Assembly: GCA_963822585.1 (NCBI GenBank)
Contig: CAWGIE010000019.1
Location: 320,001 to 384,000 of the forward strand
Direction: 5' to 3'
DNA length: 64,000 nt
Source of the DNA: an uncultured bacterium
Lineage (GTDB): Bacteria; Auribacterota; Erginobacteria; Erginobacterales; Erginobacteraceae
Position numbers and translations under genes: made by a program. The notes under the pieces are model-generated. The model saw nothing but the letters and a program-made list of their open reading frames with translations, was not told the DNA's origin and did no database searches. The first letter of the stretch is position 1, and every line of letters starts with the position of its first letter. Of this stretch, positions 13,210-23,889 are shown one piece after another.

Positions 13210-16200
13210 TTATCTTGTCACCGGTAGATCACCGGGAAGCCCGTAATATACCCGGGTAACATCGGGGATGATCCACTCACCGTTGAAGAGGGCCGGATCG
13301 TCGATCAAGTCACCGTCGAAGTCGGCTGCCAGGGGCCGGTCATTATCGTCACCGAAATAGATGCAGCTGACCCCCCGGAGACGCCAGAGGGACGGGCGGG
13401 CGGGACGGAAGACGGCCGCCGTCCAGAGGCTGTCCCCGGCGTATTCCCCGGGGATCGGGATGTCTCCTTCCCGTCCGAAGTAGAAGCGCGAGAAATTCTT
13501 GAGCACCCAGACACCGGTGGCGGGACGGAAGATCCCGATCGAGGCGGTCCCGGAGCCGTCGTAGTAACCGGGTGCGGGGAGGTCGCCGGGTACGCCGAAG
13601 TAGGTCACGGTGACGCCGCGGACCGCCCAGAGAGCGCTCTCCCGGCGGAATAATCCCACATCAGTGGTGGCGTCGCCGTCATAATCGGCGGGGACCGGAA
13701 CGTCCCCGGGCCGGCCGTAGTACACCCGCGAGATGCCCCGGAGAACCCAGAGACTGCTGGCGGGGCGGAAGAGACCGATATCGGCCGTACCGTCGCCGTC
13801 GTAATCGCCGCTGGCCGGGATGTCTCCCGCCACGCCGAAATAGACCCGGGTGACCGTTCGGACTGCCCAAAGTCCCGAGGAGGGACGGAAGATCGCGAAC
13901 TCCGATACGCCGTCGCCGTCGTAGTCCCCGCTGTCCAGAACCGGGAATAACCCGGTATCAGCCGGTGACACGGTTGGGGTGGCGGCGGGCGGAGGCGTCG
14001 TTCCCTCACGTACCTGATCGTCGTCCGCCGCAGGGACGGGGGTGGGAGCGGCGTTATAGTACATCCGCCGGACCTCTGGGGCGGTCAGGGCCCGGTCCCA
14101 GATCGTCACCTCGTCCAGCAGTCCGGAGAAGTGGTTCCGCGCCCCGTCATCCTTATAGTTGTTGGCGCCGAAGTAATACGGCCCCGTCACCACCGCGGTC
14201 GACATCGGCCCGCTGTACTCGAGCCGCCCGTCGAGGTAGATGTTGACCCCTTCCGACGTGTCCCAGGTCACCACTCCGAAGTACCAGGTATCCGCCCCCA
14301 TCCCGCTCTCTCCGGGGAGAATGCCTCCCCCCACGCCGCCGGTGAGCACCCGGTCTCCCTCGAGATCCAGGTGGGCGAGGTACCGGCGACCGGCGGCCGT
14401 CTGGCGCCCCACCATCAGCCGGATGGCGCCTTCGTCGGCGTAGCTGAACCAGGCAGCGATCGAACCGGCGCCCTGATTGTAATCAGCTAAACAGGACGAC
14501 TCCAACCAGGAGGAGCCGTCGAACTCCAGGCAGTAGCTCCCGTACACCCCCGCCTGCCGGTAAGTCACGCCGCCCCCGGAAGCGACGGCGTCGAACCCGT
14601 TCCCGGACTCGTCGGCAAGGACGCCGGAAGGTTCCTCATAGCGCCACCACCCCAGCATCCCCGGCCACTCCTCCCAGACCACGGGGATCGGGGTCGGCAG
14701 CGCGGTGGGGGTCGCCACCGGCGACGGGGTGGGCGCGGCGTTGTAGTACATCTGCATGACCTCCGGGGCGGTCAGGGCCCGGTCCCAGATCGTCACCTCG
14801 TCCAGCAGCCCGGAGAAGTGGTTCCGCGCCCCGTTATCCTTATAGTTGTTGGCGCCGAAGTAATACGGCCCCGTCACCACCGCGGTCGACATCGGCCCGC
14901 TGTACTCGAGCCGCCCGTCGAGGTAGATGTTGACCCCTTCCGACGTGTCCCAGGTCACCACTCCGAAGTACCAGGTATCCGCCCCCATCCCGCTCTCTCC
15001 GGGGAGAATGCCTCCCCCCACGCCGCCGGTGAGCACCCGGTCTCCCTCGAGATCCAGGTGGGCGAGGTACCGGCGACCGGCGGCCGTCTGGCGCCCCACC
15101 ATCAGCCGGATGGCGCCTTCGTCGGCGTAGCTGAACCAGGCAGCGATCGAACCGGCGCCCTGATTGTAATCAGCTAAACAGGACGACTCCAACCAGGAGG
15201 AGCCGTCGAACTCCAGGCAGTAGCTCCCGTACACCCCCGCCTGCCGGTAAGTCACGCCGCCCCCGGAAGCGACGGCGTCGAACCCGTTCCCGGACTCGTC
15301 GGCAAGGACGCCGGAAGGTTCCTCATAGCGCCACCACCCCAGCATCCCCGGCCACTCCTCCCAGACCACGGGGATCGGGGTCGGCAGCGCGGTGGGGGTC
15401 GCCACCGGCGACGGGGTGGGCGCGGCGTTGTAGTACATCTGCATGACCTCCGGGGCGGTCAGGGCCCGGTCCCAGATCGTCACCTCGTCCAGCAGCCCGG
15501 AGAAGTGGTTCCGCGCCCCGTTATCCTTATAGTTGTTGGCGCCGAAGTAATACGGCCCCGTCACCACCGCGGTCGACATCGGCCCGCTGTACTCGAGCCG
15601 CCCGTCGAGGTAGATGTTGACCCCTTCCGACGTGTCCCAGGTCACCACTCCGAAGTACCAGGTATCCGCCCCCATCCCGCTCTCTCCGGGGAGGATGCCT
15701 CCCCCCACGCCGCCGGTGAGCACCCGGTCTCCCTCGAGATCCAGGTGGGCGAGGTACCGGCGACCGGCGGCCGTCTGGCGCCCCACCATCAGCCGGATGG
15801 CGCCTTCGTCGGCGTAGCTGAACCAGGCAGCGATCGAACCGGCGCCCTGATTATAATCAGCTAAACAGGACGACTCCAACCAGGAGGAGCCGTCGAACTC
15901 CAGGCAGTAGCTCCCGTACACCCCCGCCTGCCGGTAAGTCACGCCGCCCCCGGAAGCGACGGCGTCGAACCCGTTCCCGGACTCGTCGGCAAGGACGCCG
16001 GAAGGATCCTCATAGCGCCACCACCCCAGCATCCCCGGCCACTCCTCCCAGATCACGGGGAGGGGGGTAGCAGTCGGCGGGAGAACCGGTGTGGATGACG
16101 GTGCCGGGGTGGGAGTCGGGGTCCCGGTCGGCGGTGATGGTGGCGGGGTCATTGACGGAGAAGCGGTCGGGGACGGGGAGGGGGTGACGGATACTGTCGG

Positions 16201-19200
16201 TGATGGAGAGGGGGAGGGTGTGGTCAGGCAAACGATCGGATAACCGTCATACCGCCAGACCTCTCCGGCATCCTCGGCGATGAAGATGGAGGTGTTCGTT
16301 TCCGGACAGGCAGGCAGCAGCGTCACTCCTTCCTGGGTGTCCCCGGGAAGTACGTAGGCCCCGATAATCGCCCCGTTCGTATCCATCTCCAGTAGAAGTC
16401 CCCAGGAATCGAAAATAGCGTAGAGGATACCGGTCTCGGCGTGATAATGAAGGCCGGAGAGATCGGTCAGGCCCGGGTATGGCTCGATGGTGTCAACAGG
16501 AGAGACCGTACCGGAGTGCGCCAGATCTACGTCGAAGACATAGATCCTGCCGTCGGCCTGGAGGCCGGCGTAAAAGAGGCCTCCGGAGTCTGAGGCCGGG
16601 TACGGGTGATCGCCGTTTGGAACAAACGTCAACGCTTCCAGACCCGAGCCGGGCGCACCGGTCATCCAGGTGGTCAGGTTCCAGCTCTTCCCGGTCAGAG
16701 CCCCGGTGGAGATATCGAACTCCCTGATCGAGTCGGGGTCTTCCACCCCGAGATAAAGATAATCGGATGAGGGATCGGCAACGGCAATTCCTTCCAGATC
16801 GCCGCCCGGCGTCCAGGTCGTCGGACTGGTACCGCTCTGGTCCATCCAGGAGACCCAGCCGTCATCGCTGACCAGGAAAAGAACCCCGAGCCGCTCGTGC
16901 CAGACTGCCCCGCTCGGTTCATAGCCCGAAGGAAGACCGCTCCCGATCTCGGTTCCGCTCCCGGTCGGCCAGGCGGCCGGAATCAGAATCGGCGGGGTGG
17001 GAATCGCCGGCGGCGTCATTGAAGCCGTCGGCACCGGCGACGAGGTCGCGGTCGGGGTGCTGGTCGCTGCAGCGGTCGGCGCCGGGCTGGGCGTGGGTGA
17101 GGCGGCTGAAATCAGACTGACGGCGTCGATAGCATATCCGTCCGAGGGGATGGGATAATTGTCATAGAACTGAAACTTTACCTGAAACCGGCTGTTATAC
17201 GTGAGGCCGGCACTCTGTATCTCTGCGTCGAGGTCGATCGATTCAGCAGCGTAGGAAGTGGTTCCGCCGTTAAAGGAAAGGATCTGGTGCCAGCTCACAC
17301 CGCTGTCGTCGCTGATGAAGACCCCGTCCTCCGGGTGATTCTCGTCGCCGAATTCCCTCCACCGGAAAGAAAGGGTCACGTCGCTTTCCCCGGAGAGATC
17401 AAGATGCAGGACGGCGGCGGCGATCGAGTACTCGGACGCGGAGGTGGAATCGTCAAGAAGGAGGCTGTAGGAGCCTTCCGCGGGATAGCCAGTGGCGACC
17501 CGGACCCGTCCTTCCGCGGTGGTGTAGACGGTCCAGGCGGCCTCCAGGGTGCCGGATTCAAAACCGTCGGCAAAGGGGAGTTCGGCCAGGTAGGCTGAGC
17601 CGCTCTGTTCGGCGATATTGGCGTCCTCGTTGCCCAGCCGGTCGCGGGCGCGGGCGGTGTAAAAATAGACCTCCCCGGCCGCGATCTCTTCATCGGTATA
17701 GGTGAGCAGGGTAGTGGTCCCGATCTCGGCACCGACGGGGAGACCCGCGGTCTGGTCCCGATATACAACATAGGTGATCGGCCCGTTGGGATCGGAGGCT
17801 TCGTTCCAGGCAAGAGTGACCGCATCCGGCCCGCCGACGGCCGCGGCCAGACCGGCAAAGATCGGGGGGGTGCAATCGGCGTCAGCCGTCTCCTGAACGA
17901 CGGCGGGATTTCCCGTGCCGTCGTCTTCATCGTTGTAGAGAGCCGTGATCAGATCTCCGTCGGCAACCTGGAGCTCGCCGTCCCCCGGTGTCGGAGAGGA
18001 AGAAGCGGTGGTGAGGGCACCCATGAAGATGCCGGACCCGGCCGGGTTCTCGGCCAGAATCACCGTCTCGGTGTCACCGCCGGAGGAAGAGACCGTCACC
18101 CCCTGGCTGCCGATCCCCGCCAGATCAAGATCGTAAACGGCGATATCGATCTCATCGGAACAGGAGTAGATGGTGTCATCCAGGTCGATATACCCGACGG
18201 ACCCAACCATCGACATGAACGTCCCTTGATAAGGAATGGTGTTGGGCGCGGTCACCACCAGGTCGTAGTCGCCGGTTTCGCTCGTGACCAAATCGGTGAA
18301 GGTCGCCGACCCGGTGGCGTCCGTCGTCTCCACGCGGTAATCATCGGGAACATCGGACCGGGATACAGTCACTGTCGCTCCCTCCAGAGGACTTCCGCCG
18401 TATTCCACGGTAACGTCAAAATCAAGCGGAATCCCCAGAGAAACCAGGGCAGCGTGGGATACGGAAAGGGCCCGCGGCATCTCGGTCCTGATCATCATCG
18501 CCGGATCACCGAACCAGTGGAAGATCTCGAACTCCACCTTCCGTGTGGTGGTGGCCGAATAGGTGGTCGCGTAGTACGCCTTACCGTAATTCAGGACATC
18601 GCCCATCCGGTAGGCGGGGTTGGCGACGCCATAGCTGCCGACGAAATCCGGCCAGATGGCGTCGATCCAGCCCCAGAAAAGCCGGTCGTTGTGCCCGCTG
18701 TAACTGACCCGGGTGGCGGCGATCACGCCCGCCGCCCCGCCGGAAGGATTACGCTCCCAGGCTTCGCTGAAGGAGATGGTGGAACTGGGACTCTGGCAGG
18801 TCTCCTTGTCGAAGAAGCCCGTCAGGCAGTTGACGCTCCAGACGACGGGAAGTTTGTCTCCGTTGGTCAGGGCCGAGACGTTCGAAGCGGAGTAACTGGG
18901 CGATCCCCACCCGGTGGCCGAACCGTGGTCGCGGTGGGTGACCAGGAAGCGGCCGTCGTTGACGGCGGCCGAGATGTCTGCGGCCGTGGCGTCCCAGGCG
19001 AAACCGGGCTTCTCCAGGTAGGAGGGGATGGGATCGCCCGCGTCCCCGGCCGGACCGCCGCTGAACCAGGTGGTTGACCAATAGAGGGGGGTGACCGTGG
19101 AACCGGTGTAGTAAAAGCGTTCCACCGAATAATCACCGAGATAGGAGGGATCGGAGAGGTAGATGGCCAGGTCCTCCGAGGTCTGGGCGAAGCGCCGCTC

Positions 19201-20448
19201 GGCGTATCCGGCGCCGGCGTGCTGGAAGTAGGCGCAGATGGCGGCGGTAGCGTAAAAAGAGCTGTCGGTTACCGGATCCGTTTCATATGCGATAATGTCG
19301 TTCACCCTTTTCGCCGCCTCTTCCGCGGTGTCCACTGAGAGACGGCCGGTGATGATGTCCGGGAAGTAATCGCTCCCGTCGAGAGTGGCGTAATAGAGGT
19401 CGGTCCCGATCAGATCGCCGCTGTAGGGATGAACCGTCTCGTAATTGGTGGGCACGAACTCCGCGTCACCGATGAAGAGGACATAGGTGGGGGCGGGATC
19501 CCAGGTATCGTAAGCATCCTGAAGGTACGCCAGGATTTCGGCGGAAGTGCTCCCGGTCTCCGAAGTCGTCGCCACATAGGTCAGAAAACCCGCTTTTCTC
19601 TCCCAGGCGGCCATCGTCTCCGCGGCTTCCGAGAAATTGGGATGAGTGATGATCAGGTAATCGCAGGCTCCAGACGCCCCCGACCCGCGCGGTTCCCCGA
19701 CTCCGGCACCGGCTTCGGCATCTTCTGTCTCTTCCCCTGTAAGCACTGCCTCCGCGTTGACAGCGAGGCGGCCGAGAAGCCTGTTGAACGACCGGCTCTG
19801 CAGCCGCGCGGGGACATGACGACTCGATCCTTCAAAGCGAACCGTTACCCGAAGATCGGGATAGACCTGCAGGCGTTTCCGGGCCGGGTTATACCGGTAG
19901 GGGTAAAGCCAGAGGATGGAACTTTCCTGCCCCCTGATCCTGGCGATCGGCTCCAGGACGGCGAAATCGGCCGGGAAGTACTGGTCTCTTTCATACATAT
20001 CAGCGTCTTTCGTGAACGGGGGGCGTTCGCCGTCGGGGGCCGGTGGCTGGAGAGGAGCGACCTCAATGCCCTCGAAGACGCGGGGCTTCCCCGGAACAAC
20101 TTCGATGACGGGGGTGGTACCGTTCGGGATCAGGATTGTCGTACCGAAGACCGGGAGATCGGGACGGCCGACCTCATGAGAACCGGCACCGGGGGCATTG
20201 ATCAGCGCGTAGGTCCGGCCGTCTTCCATCTCCTGCTCGGCCAGGAAAAAACCGGGAAGAGTGATCTCGAGTGTGACGGCGGCGGCCGTCGACTTGACCG
20301 GCAGAGTCCGGCTTATTTCCTCTAATTTTGTTCTTCGGCCGGCTGTCCCGGCGGACAAACCGACCCAGCGGGGGGCGGACATGCCGTATGCGGGAATCAG
20401 GGCCGCCAGAAAGAAGCCGACCGTTGCCATCAATATAATCTTTTTCAT
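13210..20448 (-). CDS. Giant secreted C25-family (gingipain-like) cysteine peptidase with FN3-like, SdiA-regulated-like, 3x LamG and C-terminal DxDGDG-repeat domains
   Basis: Signal peptide; C25 propeptide; YLIIT, YVLFIGD, TDLYY, GRLS, HRDHGS (His) and NCLTG (Cys); P/T-rich linkers; LamG motif FSGLLDEVTIWDRALT x3. Confidence 0.88.
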   Translation of the reverse strand: MKKIILMATVGFFLAALIPAYGMSAPRWVGLSAGTAGRRTKLEEISRTLPVKSTAAAVTLEITLPGFFLAEQEMEDGRTYALINAPGAGSHEVGRPDLPVFGTTILIPNGTTPVIEVVPGKPRVFEGIEVAPLQPPAPDGERPPFTKDADMYERDQYFPADFAVLEPIARIRGQESSILWLYPYRYNPARKRLQVYPDLRVTVRFEGSSRHVPARLQSRSFNRLLGRLAVNAEAVLTGEETEDAEAGAGVGEPRGSGASGACDYLIITHPNFSEAAETMAAWERKAGFLTYVATTSETGSTSAEILAYLQDAYDTWDPAPTYVLFIGDAEFVPTNYETVHPYSGDLIGTDLYYATLDGSDYFPDIITGRLSVDTAEEAAKRVNDIIAYETDPVTDSSFYATAAICAYFQHAGAGYAERRFAQTSEDLAIYLSDPSYLGDYSVERFYYTGSTVTPLYWSTTWFSGGPAGDAGDPIPSYLEKPGFAWDATAADISAAVNDGRFLVTHRDHGSATGWGSPSYSASNVSALTNGDKLPVVWSVNCLTGFFDKETCQSPSSTISFSEAWERNPSGGAAGVIAATRVSYSGHNDRLFWGWIDAIWPDFVGSYGVANPAYRMGDVLNYGKAYYATTYSATTTRKVEFEIFHWFGDPAMMIRTEMPRALSVSHAALVSLGIPLDFDVTVEYGGSPLEGATVTVSRSDVPDDYRVETTDATGSATFTDLVTSETGDYDLVVTAPNTIPYQGTFMSMVGSVGYIDLDDTIYSCSDEIDIAVYDLDLAGIGSQGVTVSSSGGDTETVILAENPAGSGIFMGALTTASSSPTPGDGELQVADGDLITALYNDEDDGTGNPAVVQETADADCTPPIFAGLAAAVGGPDAVTLAWNEASDPNGPITYVVYRDQTAGLPVGAEIGTTTLLTYTDEEIAAGEVYFYTARARDRLGNEDANIAEQSGSAYLAELPFADGFESGTLEAAWTVYTTAEGRVRVATGYPAEGSYSLLLDDSTSASEYSIAAAVLHLDLSGESDVTLSFRWREFGDENHPEDGVFISDDSGVSWHQILSFNGGTTSYAAESIDLDAEIQSAGLTYNSRFQVKFQFYDNYPIPSDGYAIDAVSLISAASPTPSPAPTAAATSTPTATSSPVPTASMTPPAIPTPPILIPAAWPTGSGTEIGSGLPSGYEPSGAVWHERLGVLFLVSDDGWVSWMDQSGTSPTTWTPGGDLEGIAVADPSSDYLYLGVEDPDSIREFDISTGALTGKSWNLTTWMTGAPGSGLEALTFVPNGDHPYPASDSGGLFYAGLQADGRIYVFDVDLAHSGTVSPVDTIEPYPGLTDLSGLHYHAETGILYAIFDSWGLLLEMDTNGAIIGAYVLPGDTQEGVTLLPACPETNTSIFIAEDAGEVWRYDGYPIVCLTTPSPSPSPTVSVTPSPSPTASPSMTPPPSPPTGTPTPTPAPSSTPVLPPTATPLPVIWEEWPGMLGWWRYEDPSGVLADESGNGFDAVASGGGVTYRQAGVYGSYCLEFDGSSWLESSCLADYNQGAGSIAAWFSYADEGAIRLMVGRQTAAGRRYLAHLDLEGDRVLTGGVGGGILPGESGMGADTWYFGVVTWDTSEGVNIYLDGRLEYSGPMSTAVVTGPYYFGANNYKDNGARNHFSGLLDEVTIWDRALTAPEVMQMYYNAAPTPSPVATPTALPTPIPVVWEEWPGMLGWWRYEEPSGVLADESGNGFDAVASGGGVTYRQAGVYGSYCLEFDGSSWLESSCLADYNQGAGSIAAWFSYADEGAIRLMVGRQTAAGRRYLAHLDLEGDRVLTGGVGGGILPGESGMGADTWYFGVVTWDTSEGVNIYLDGRLEYSGPMSTAVVTGPYYFGANNYKDNGARNHFSGLLDEVTIWDRALTAPEVMQMYYNAAPTPSPVATPTALPTPIPVVWEEWPGMLGWWRYEEPSGVLADESGNGFDAVASGGGVTYRQAGVYGSYCLEFDGSSWLESSCLADYNQGAGSIAAWFSYADEGAIRLMVGRQTAAGRRYLAHLDLEGDRVLTGGVGGGILPGESGMGADTWYFGVVTWDTSEGVNIYLDGRLEYSGPMSTAVVTGPYYFGANNYKDDGARNHFSGLLDEVTIWDRALTAPEVRRMYYNAAPTPVPAADDDQVREGTTPPPAATPTVSPADTGLFPVLDSGDYDGDGVSEFAIFRPSSGLWAVRTVTRVYFGVAGDIPASGDYDGDGTADIGLFRPASSLWVLRGISRVYYGRPGDVPVPADYDGDATTDVGLFRRESALWAVRGVTVTYFGVPGDLPAPGYYDGSGTASIGIFRPATGVWVLKNFSRFYFGREGDIPIPGEYAGDSLWTAAVFRPARPSLWRLRGVSCIYFGDDNDRPLAADFDGDLIDDPALFNGEWIIPDVTRVYYGLPGDLPVTR
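14038..16060 (-). repeat. Three tandem 687-bp near-identical repeats encoding LamG domain plus linker
   Basis: Matching shadow ORFs recur at 14131, 14818 and 15505 (period 687); only a few nucleotide differences between copies. Confidence 0.95.
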
Positions 20449-21158
20449 CTCTCCATGATCCTCTCTTTAACTGCCTATCAATATACCCCGGTATTTATCG
20501 ATTCAGCAGGATGTCTTCCGATAACCGGTTAAAAACTCTGCCCCACCACCGGCGCATCACCGTCCTGACCGCAAAGCTGTTTGAAGTTACGAACCACCGG
20601 AGACGGATCTTCCTCATACTGAAGGTGATGCAGCCGACTACCTTATCGGTATGCATAAATAATGCCATCTCTGTTTTCGGGAAAAACATATTTATATTTA
20701 CTTACAAAACAATGGATTATGACAAATGTCCTCTCCCGGGTTCATGCCCCGGTGTTGCCTTTTAGCAACACAGCAAACCGATTGATTGCTGTACTGCAAC
20801 ACGAGGGAGTAAACCAGTGTTTCATTTTGCGACAGCCATATCCCGGATTGTTCGTGAAAATGTTCGATTTTCATGAATAATTCGGAGTAACCCGATGAAG
20901 GGTACATCGGGTATTTGGTTGTATTTCTTCAGGAGACCTGATATGAAAATCACTGGTTCCATAATTTTCAGCCAGAGGCTCTCCGCCCGTTGCGGAGTCC
21001 GTTTCAGAGATGCGCCTCCGGCGTACAATAAAGCGATAAAAATTACCCTTCTGGCGTTACTCGCCGGGTTAGTGCCAATCCAATAATCGTGTTCAATCTC
21101 AATTCATTGCAGAGAAAACGATTACCTAAATTAGAGAGCGCATCTCACCAATGATAAG

Positions 21159-21788
21159 ATGATGAGAGCCCCGAGTATAGTTTCGGTCGCCGCCCTGCTC
21201 TGTGCAATCTTTCTGACCGGATGCGCCGCGGCGCCGCCCCGGAACCTTGATGACATTTGTTCCATCTTCAGGGAGAAGCCGGCATGGTACCGGGAAGCCA
21301 AGGATTCATACCGTAAATGGAGGGTGCCGATCTCGGTCATGATGGCCATTATCTACCAGGAGTCCCGGTTCCAGGCCGATGTCCGCCCCCCCCGGACCAA
21401 ACTGCTGGGATTTATCCCCTGGACGCGCCCTTCGACATCCTATGGATATGCCCAGGCACTGGAAACAACCTGGAACATTTACATGCAGAACACCGGGAAT
21501 CGGGGCGCCGACCGGGACGACTTCGGAGACGTGATGGACTTTATCGGCTGGTACTGCGATCGGAGCCACCGCAAGTGTTACATATCCAAACAGGATGCCT
21601 ATAACCTCTACCTGGCCTACCATGAGGGGCAGGACGGGTTCAACGCTCGGACCTACCGGGGGAAGGGATGGCTCATCAACGTTGCCCGGGAAGTGAAAAA
21701 TCGGGCGGTTCTCTATAGCGCCCAGTTAAGCGGCTGCCGGCAAGAATTGGACAGGCAGAAGAGGAAAAGATTTCTCGGGATATTTTAA
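21159..21788 (+). CDS. Transglycosylase SLT-domain lipoprotein
   Basis: Lipobox LTGC; AIIYQES catalytic Glu, YGYAQA and YLAYHEG motifs. Confidence 0.85.
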   Translation: MMRAPSIVSVAALLCAIFLTGCAAAPPRNLDDICSIFREKPAWYREAKDSYRKWRVPISVMMAIIYQESRFQADVRPPRTKLLGFIPWTRPSTSYGYAQALETTWNIYMQNTGNRGADRDDFGDVMDFIGWYCDRSHRKCYISKQDAYNLYLAYHEGQDGFNARTYRGKGWLINVAREVKNRAVLYSAQLSGCRQELDRQKRKRFLGIF

Positions 21789-21838
21789 TGGGGCATTCGG
21801 CCACATGAAATAGGACGTAACACTCGGGCAACTTATTT

Positions 21839-21908
21839 AACCGCGGATTGTGCGGATTATGCTGATGGAAGAAAAAACAATCCGCTTAATCCGTCTAATC
21901 CGCGGTTA
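21839..21908. repeat. GCGGATT/AATCCGC palindrome between convergent genes (possible terminator)
   Basis: AACCGCGGATTGTGCGGATT...AATCCGCTTAATCCGTCTAATCCGCGGTT. Confidence 0.6.
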
Positions 21909-21929
21909 TTGAAACCCCGTAGCGGAAAT

Positions 21930-23339
21930 CTATATCTCCAGCTCGACCAACTGTCCCTGCTCGACCGCGAATTCGGGTACCAGTTCTGTTAACGTGTGCC
22001 CGTGCTCTGTCTGGCGGAGGCTGAAACTGTATTTCCCGGGGGCGCAGGGGGCCGGACCCCATTGTTCTTTGACCCACACCTCGGAGCCGGTGGCATTTTT
22101 CGGTTTCAGAACCCAGTTATAGGGCGCCCGTACGCCGGGGGAAGCGGGAACCAGGACCACCCCGGTATTGACGTCGAACTCGGTGACTTTTCCCTTTTCG
22201 ATAACAATCTTCTCGGCCAGCCGAACGTCATTATTGTCGTGTTCCGTCTGACGGTACCAGAGTTCGAAGATGCCGGGAGGGGAGAGTACGGGATCCCAGT
22301 TTCCCCCGACCGTGATCACGGCCTCACCGGTCTTCGGATCCTTCAGGTACCAGTGCCGCGGCGGCTCTTTGATCCAGCTTGCCGGGACAAGGTTGATCCC
22401 GGTGTTCAGCTGAAAAACGGTCGCCTCTCCCGGCTTGATGACGACTGCGTCGGAGAGAATGACGTCGCTGGTCCCATGTTCCGTCTGGTCCCAGACCAGC
22501 CGGTAGGTGCCGGGGGGGACCATGAGTTCATCAAAAGTGCCTCCGCCGCTGGCGGCAACTTTCCCGTCCTCCACCGACTCCAGCCGGAACTGGTAGGGAG
22601 CCCCGGGAATCCAGCTTGCCGGCTCAAAGCGGAGCTTGCCCACGCCGCCGACTTTTATCCGGACCGATGAAGACTCCGTCTTCAGCACTTGTTCCTGGAC
22701 ATCGGTAAGTGCCTTATTGAGCTCACCGGCGGAATCGGCGCTGAAATACGTACCCCCCGAGGCCTGGGCGATGCACTCCAGCTGGGCACGCTCCTCCGGC
22801 TTGATGTCAAACCCGACCACGTGTATTTTAACCTTGATGCCGGCTTCATGCAGTTCTCTGGCCACGGCACAGGGATCGCCCCCGCAGGTTTCCTTCCCGT
22901 CGCTGATCAGGATAATGATATTATCGTTCCCCTCGCCGGGTGGGAAATCGTTCTCCGCCTGCTGGAGGGAATAGGCGATCGGCGTCCAGCCCCGGGCGGT
23001 GATCCCGGCAATACGTTCTTTGATGCCTTTGGTATCGACGCCTTTCACCGGTATTTCCAGGGTTGTATCCCGGCAGCGCGTCTCCGGGCTGTCCCCCGAT
23101 ACTGTGCTGTGTCCGTAGACGCGAAGACCGACGTTGAGTTCAATCTCCGCGGAACCCGGAGGGAGCTGCTCCACCAGCTCGGAGAGAGTTTTTTTCGCGA
23201 TATCGATCTTCATCTCGCCCTGGATCTGCTCCAGCATGCTTCCCGACGCGTCAAGGATATACTCGATATTAACCGTTTTGCCCGCCGCCGCCGGAACGAG
23301 AAGGACCATTCCAATAACCAGAAATAGCGTCTTTTTCAT
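21930..23339 (-). CDS. Secreted von Willebrand factor A domain protein with three C-terminal beta-rich repeats
   Basis: Signal peptide MKKTLFLVIG; MIDAS DASGSM...T...SDGKETCGGDPC; three PGx[YF]xxxxxQTEH repeats. Confidence 0.85.
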   Translation of the reverse strand: MKKTLFLVIGMVLLVPAAAGKTVNIEYILDASGSMLEQIQGEMKIDIAKKTLSELVEQLPPGSAEIELNVGLRVYGHSTVSGDSPETRCRDTTLEIPVKGVDTKGIKERIAGITARGWTPIAYSLQQAENDFPPGEGNDNIIILISDGKETCGGDPCAVARELHEAGIKVKIHVVGFDIKPEERAQLECIAQASGGTYFSADSAGELNKALTDVQEQVLKTESSSVRIKVGGVGKLRFEPASWIPGAPYQFRLESVEDGKVAASGGGTFDELMVPPGTYRLVWDQTEHGTSDVILSDAVVIKPGEATVFQLNTGINLVPASWIKEPPRHWYLKDPKTGEAVITVGGNWDPVLSPPGIFELWYRQTEHDNNDVRLAEKIVIEKGKVTEFDVNTGVVLVPASPGVRAPYNWVLKPKNATGSEVWVKEQWGPAPCAPGKYSFSLRQTEHGHTLTELVPEFAVEQGQLVELEI

Positions 23340-23395
23340 AGCCAGACTCCTTGAGCACGGTTCAATCATAAAATTTTTACAGAGTAAAAATTTTA

Positions 23396-23545
23396 TCACC
23401 AGACATCCTGAACTTCTGCCTCCGGTACGTCCTGGGCGGTTCTCCCCGTCATCCCGACATTCGCGTTGACCAGGTAAATGGCCGCGGCCGTGAAGATGAA
23501 GAAACCGATCAGGATTGCCCAGAGTACTGCTTTTGAAATGATCAT
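23396..23545 (-). CDS. Small (49 aa) single-TM protein
   Basis: GGAGG RBS then MIISKAVLWAILIGFFIFTAAAIYLV...; co-oriented just upstream of the VWA gene. Confidence 0.5.
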   Translation of the reverse strand: MIISKAVLWAILIGFFIFTAAAIYLVNANVGMTGRTAQDVPEAEVQDVW

Positions 23546-23889
23546 TGTTCGCCTCCGATTTTTACCTGTGCATAGAAAACAACCCTTCTTTGTTTGAACA
23601 TTCAGTCTATCATTCCAGTCTATGGAAGTAAACAATCTATCTCATGATCAGTGATACCGCAAAATCCCGCTTCTGCCCTCTTCCCCTCGTGGAAGATATT
23701 CAAGCGATATTTCCATTTGACGGTGCTCATGAGACGTGATAAAGAATATTGTCCTATATGAATGAAATGGAATAACAACCCCGAAGGAGACGTCGATCTC
23801 CCTCTTCGGGGGCCAATTGCCAACCGACGCCCGTGAGGTCATCTACCGTTGCGAGCGCATATACAAATGAGAAAGGAGAGAGGATAAGT

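Noticed and set aside
10840..16060. Diversity-generating retroelement (RT next to near-identical repeats)
   Set aside because: The RT has a maturase domain and sits inside a group II ribozyme; the LamG repeats are all coding and their differences are not adenine-specific.
20460..21150. Riboswitch or small genes in the long intergenic region upstream of the C25 gene
   Set aside because: Partial GCAAA-type matches did not complete a c-di-GMP aptamer; the ORFs lack support. An Rfam scan would settle it.
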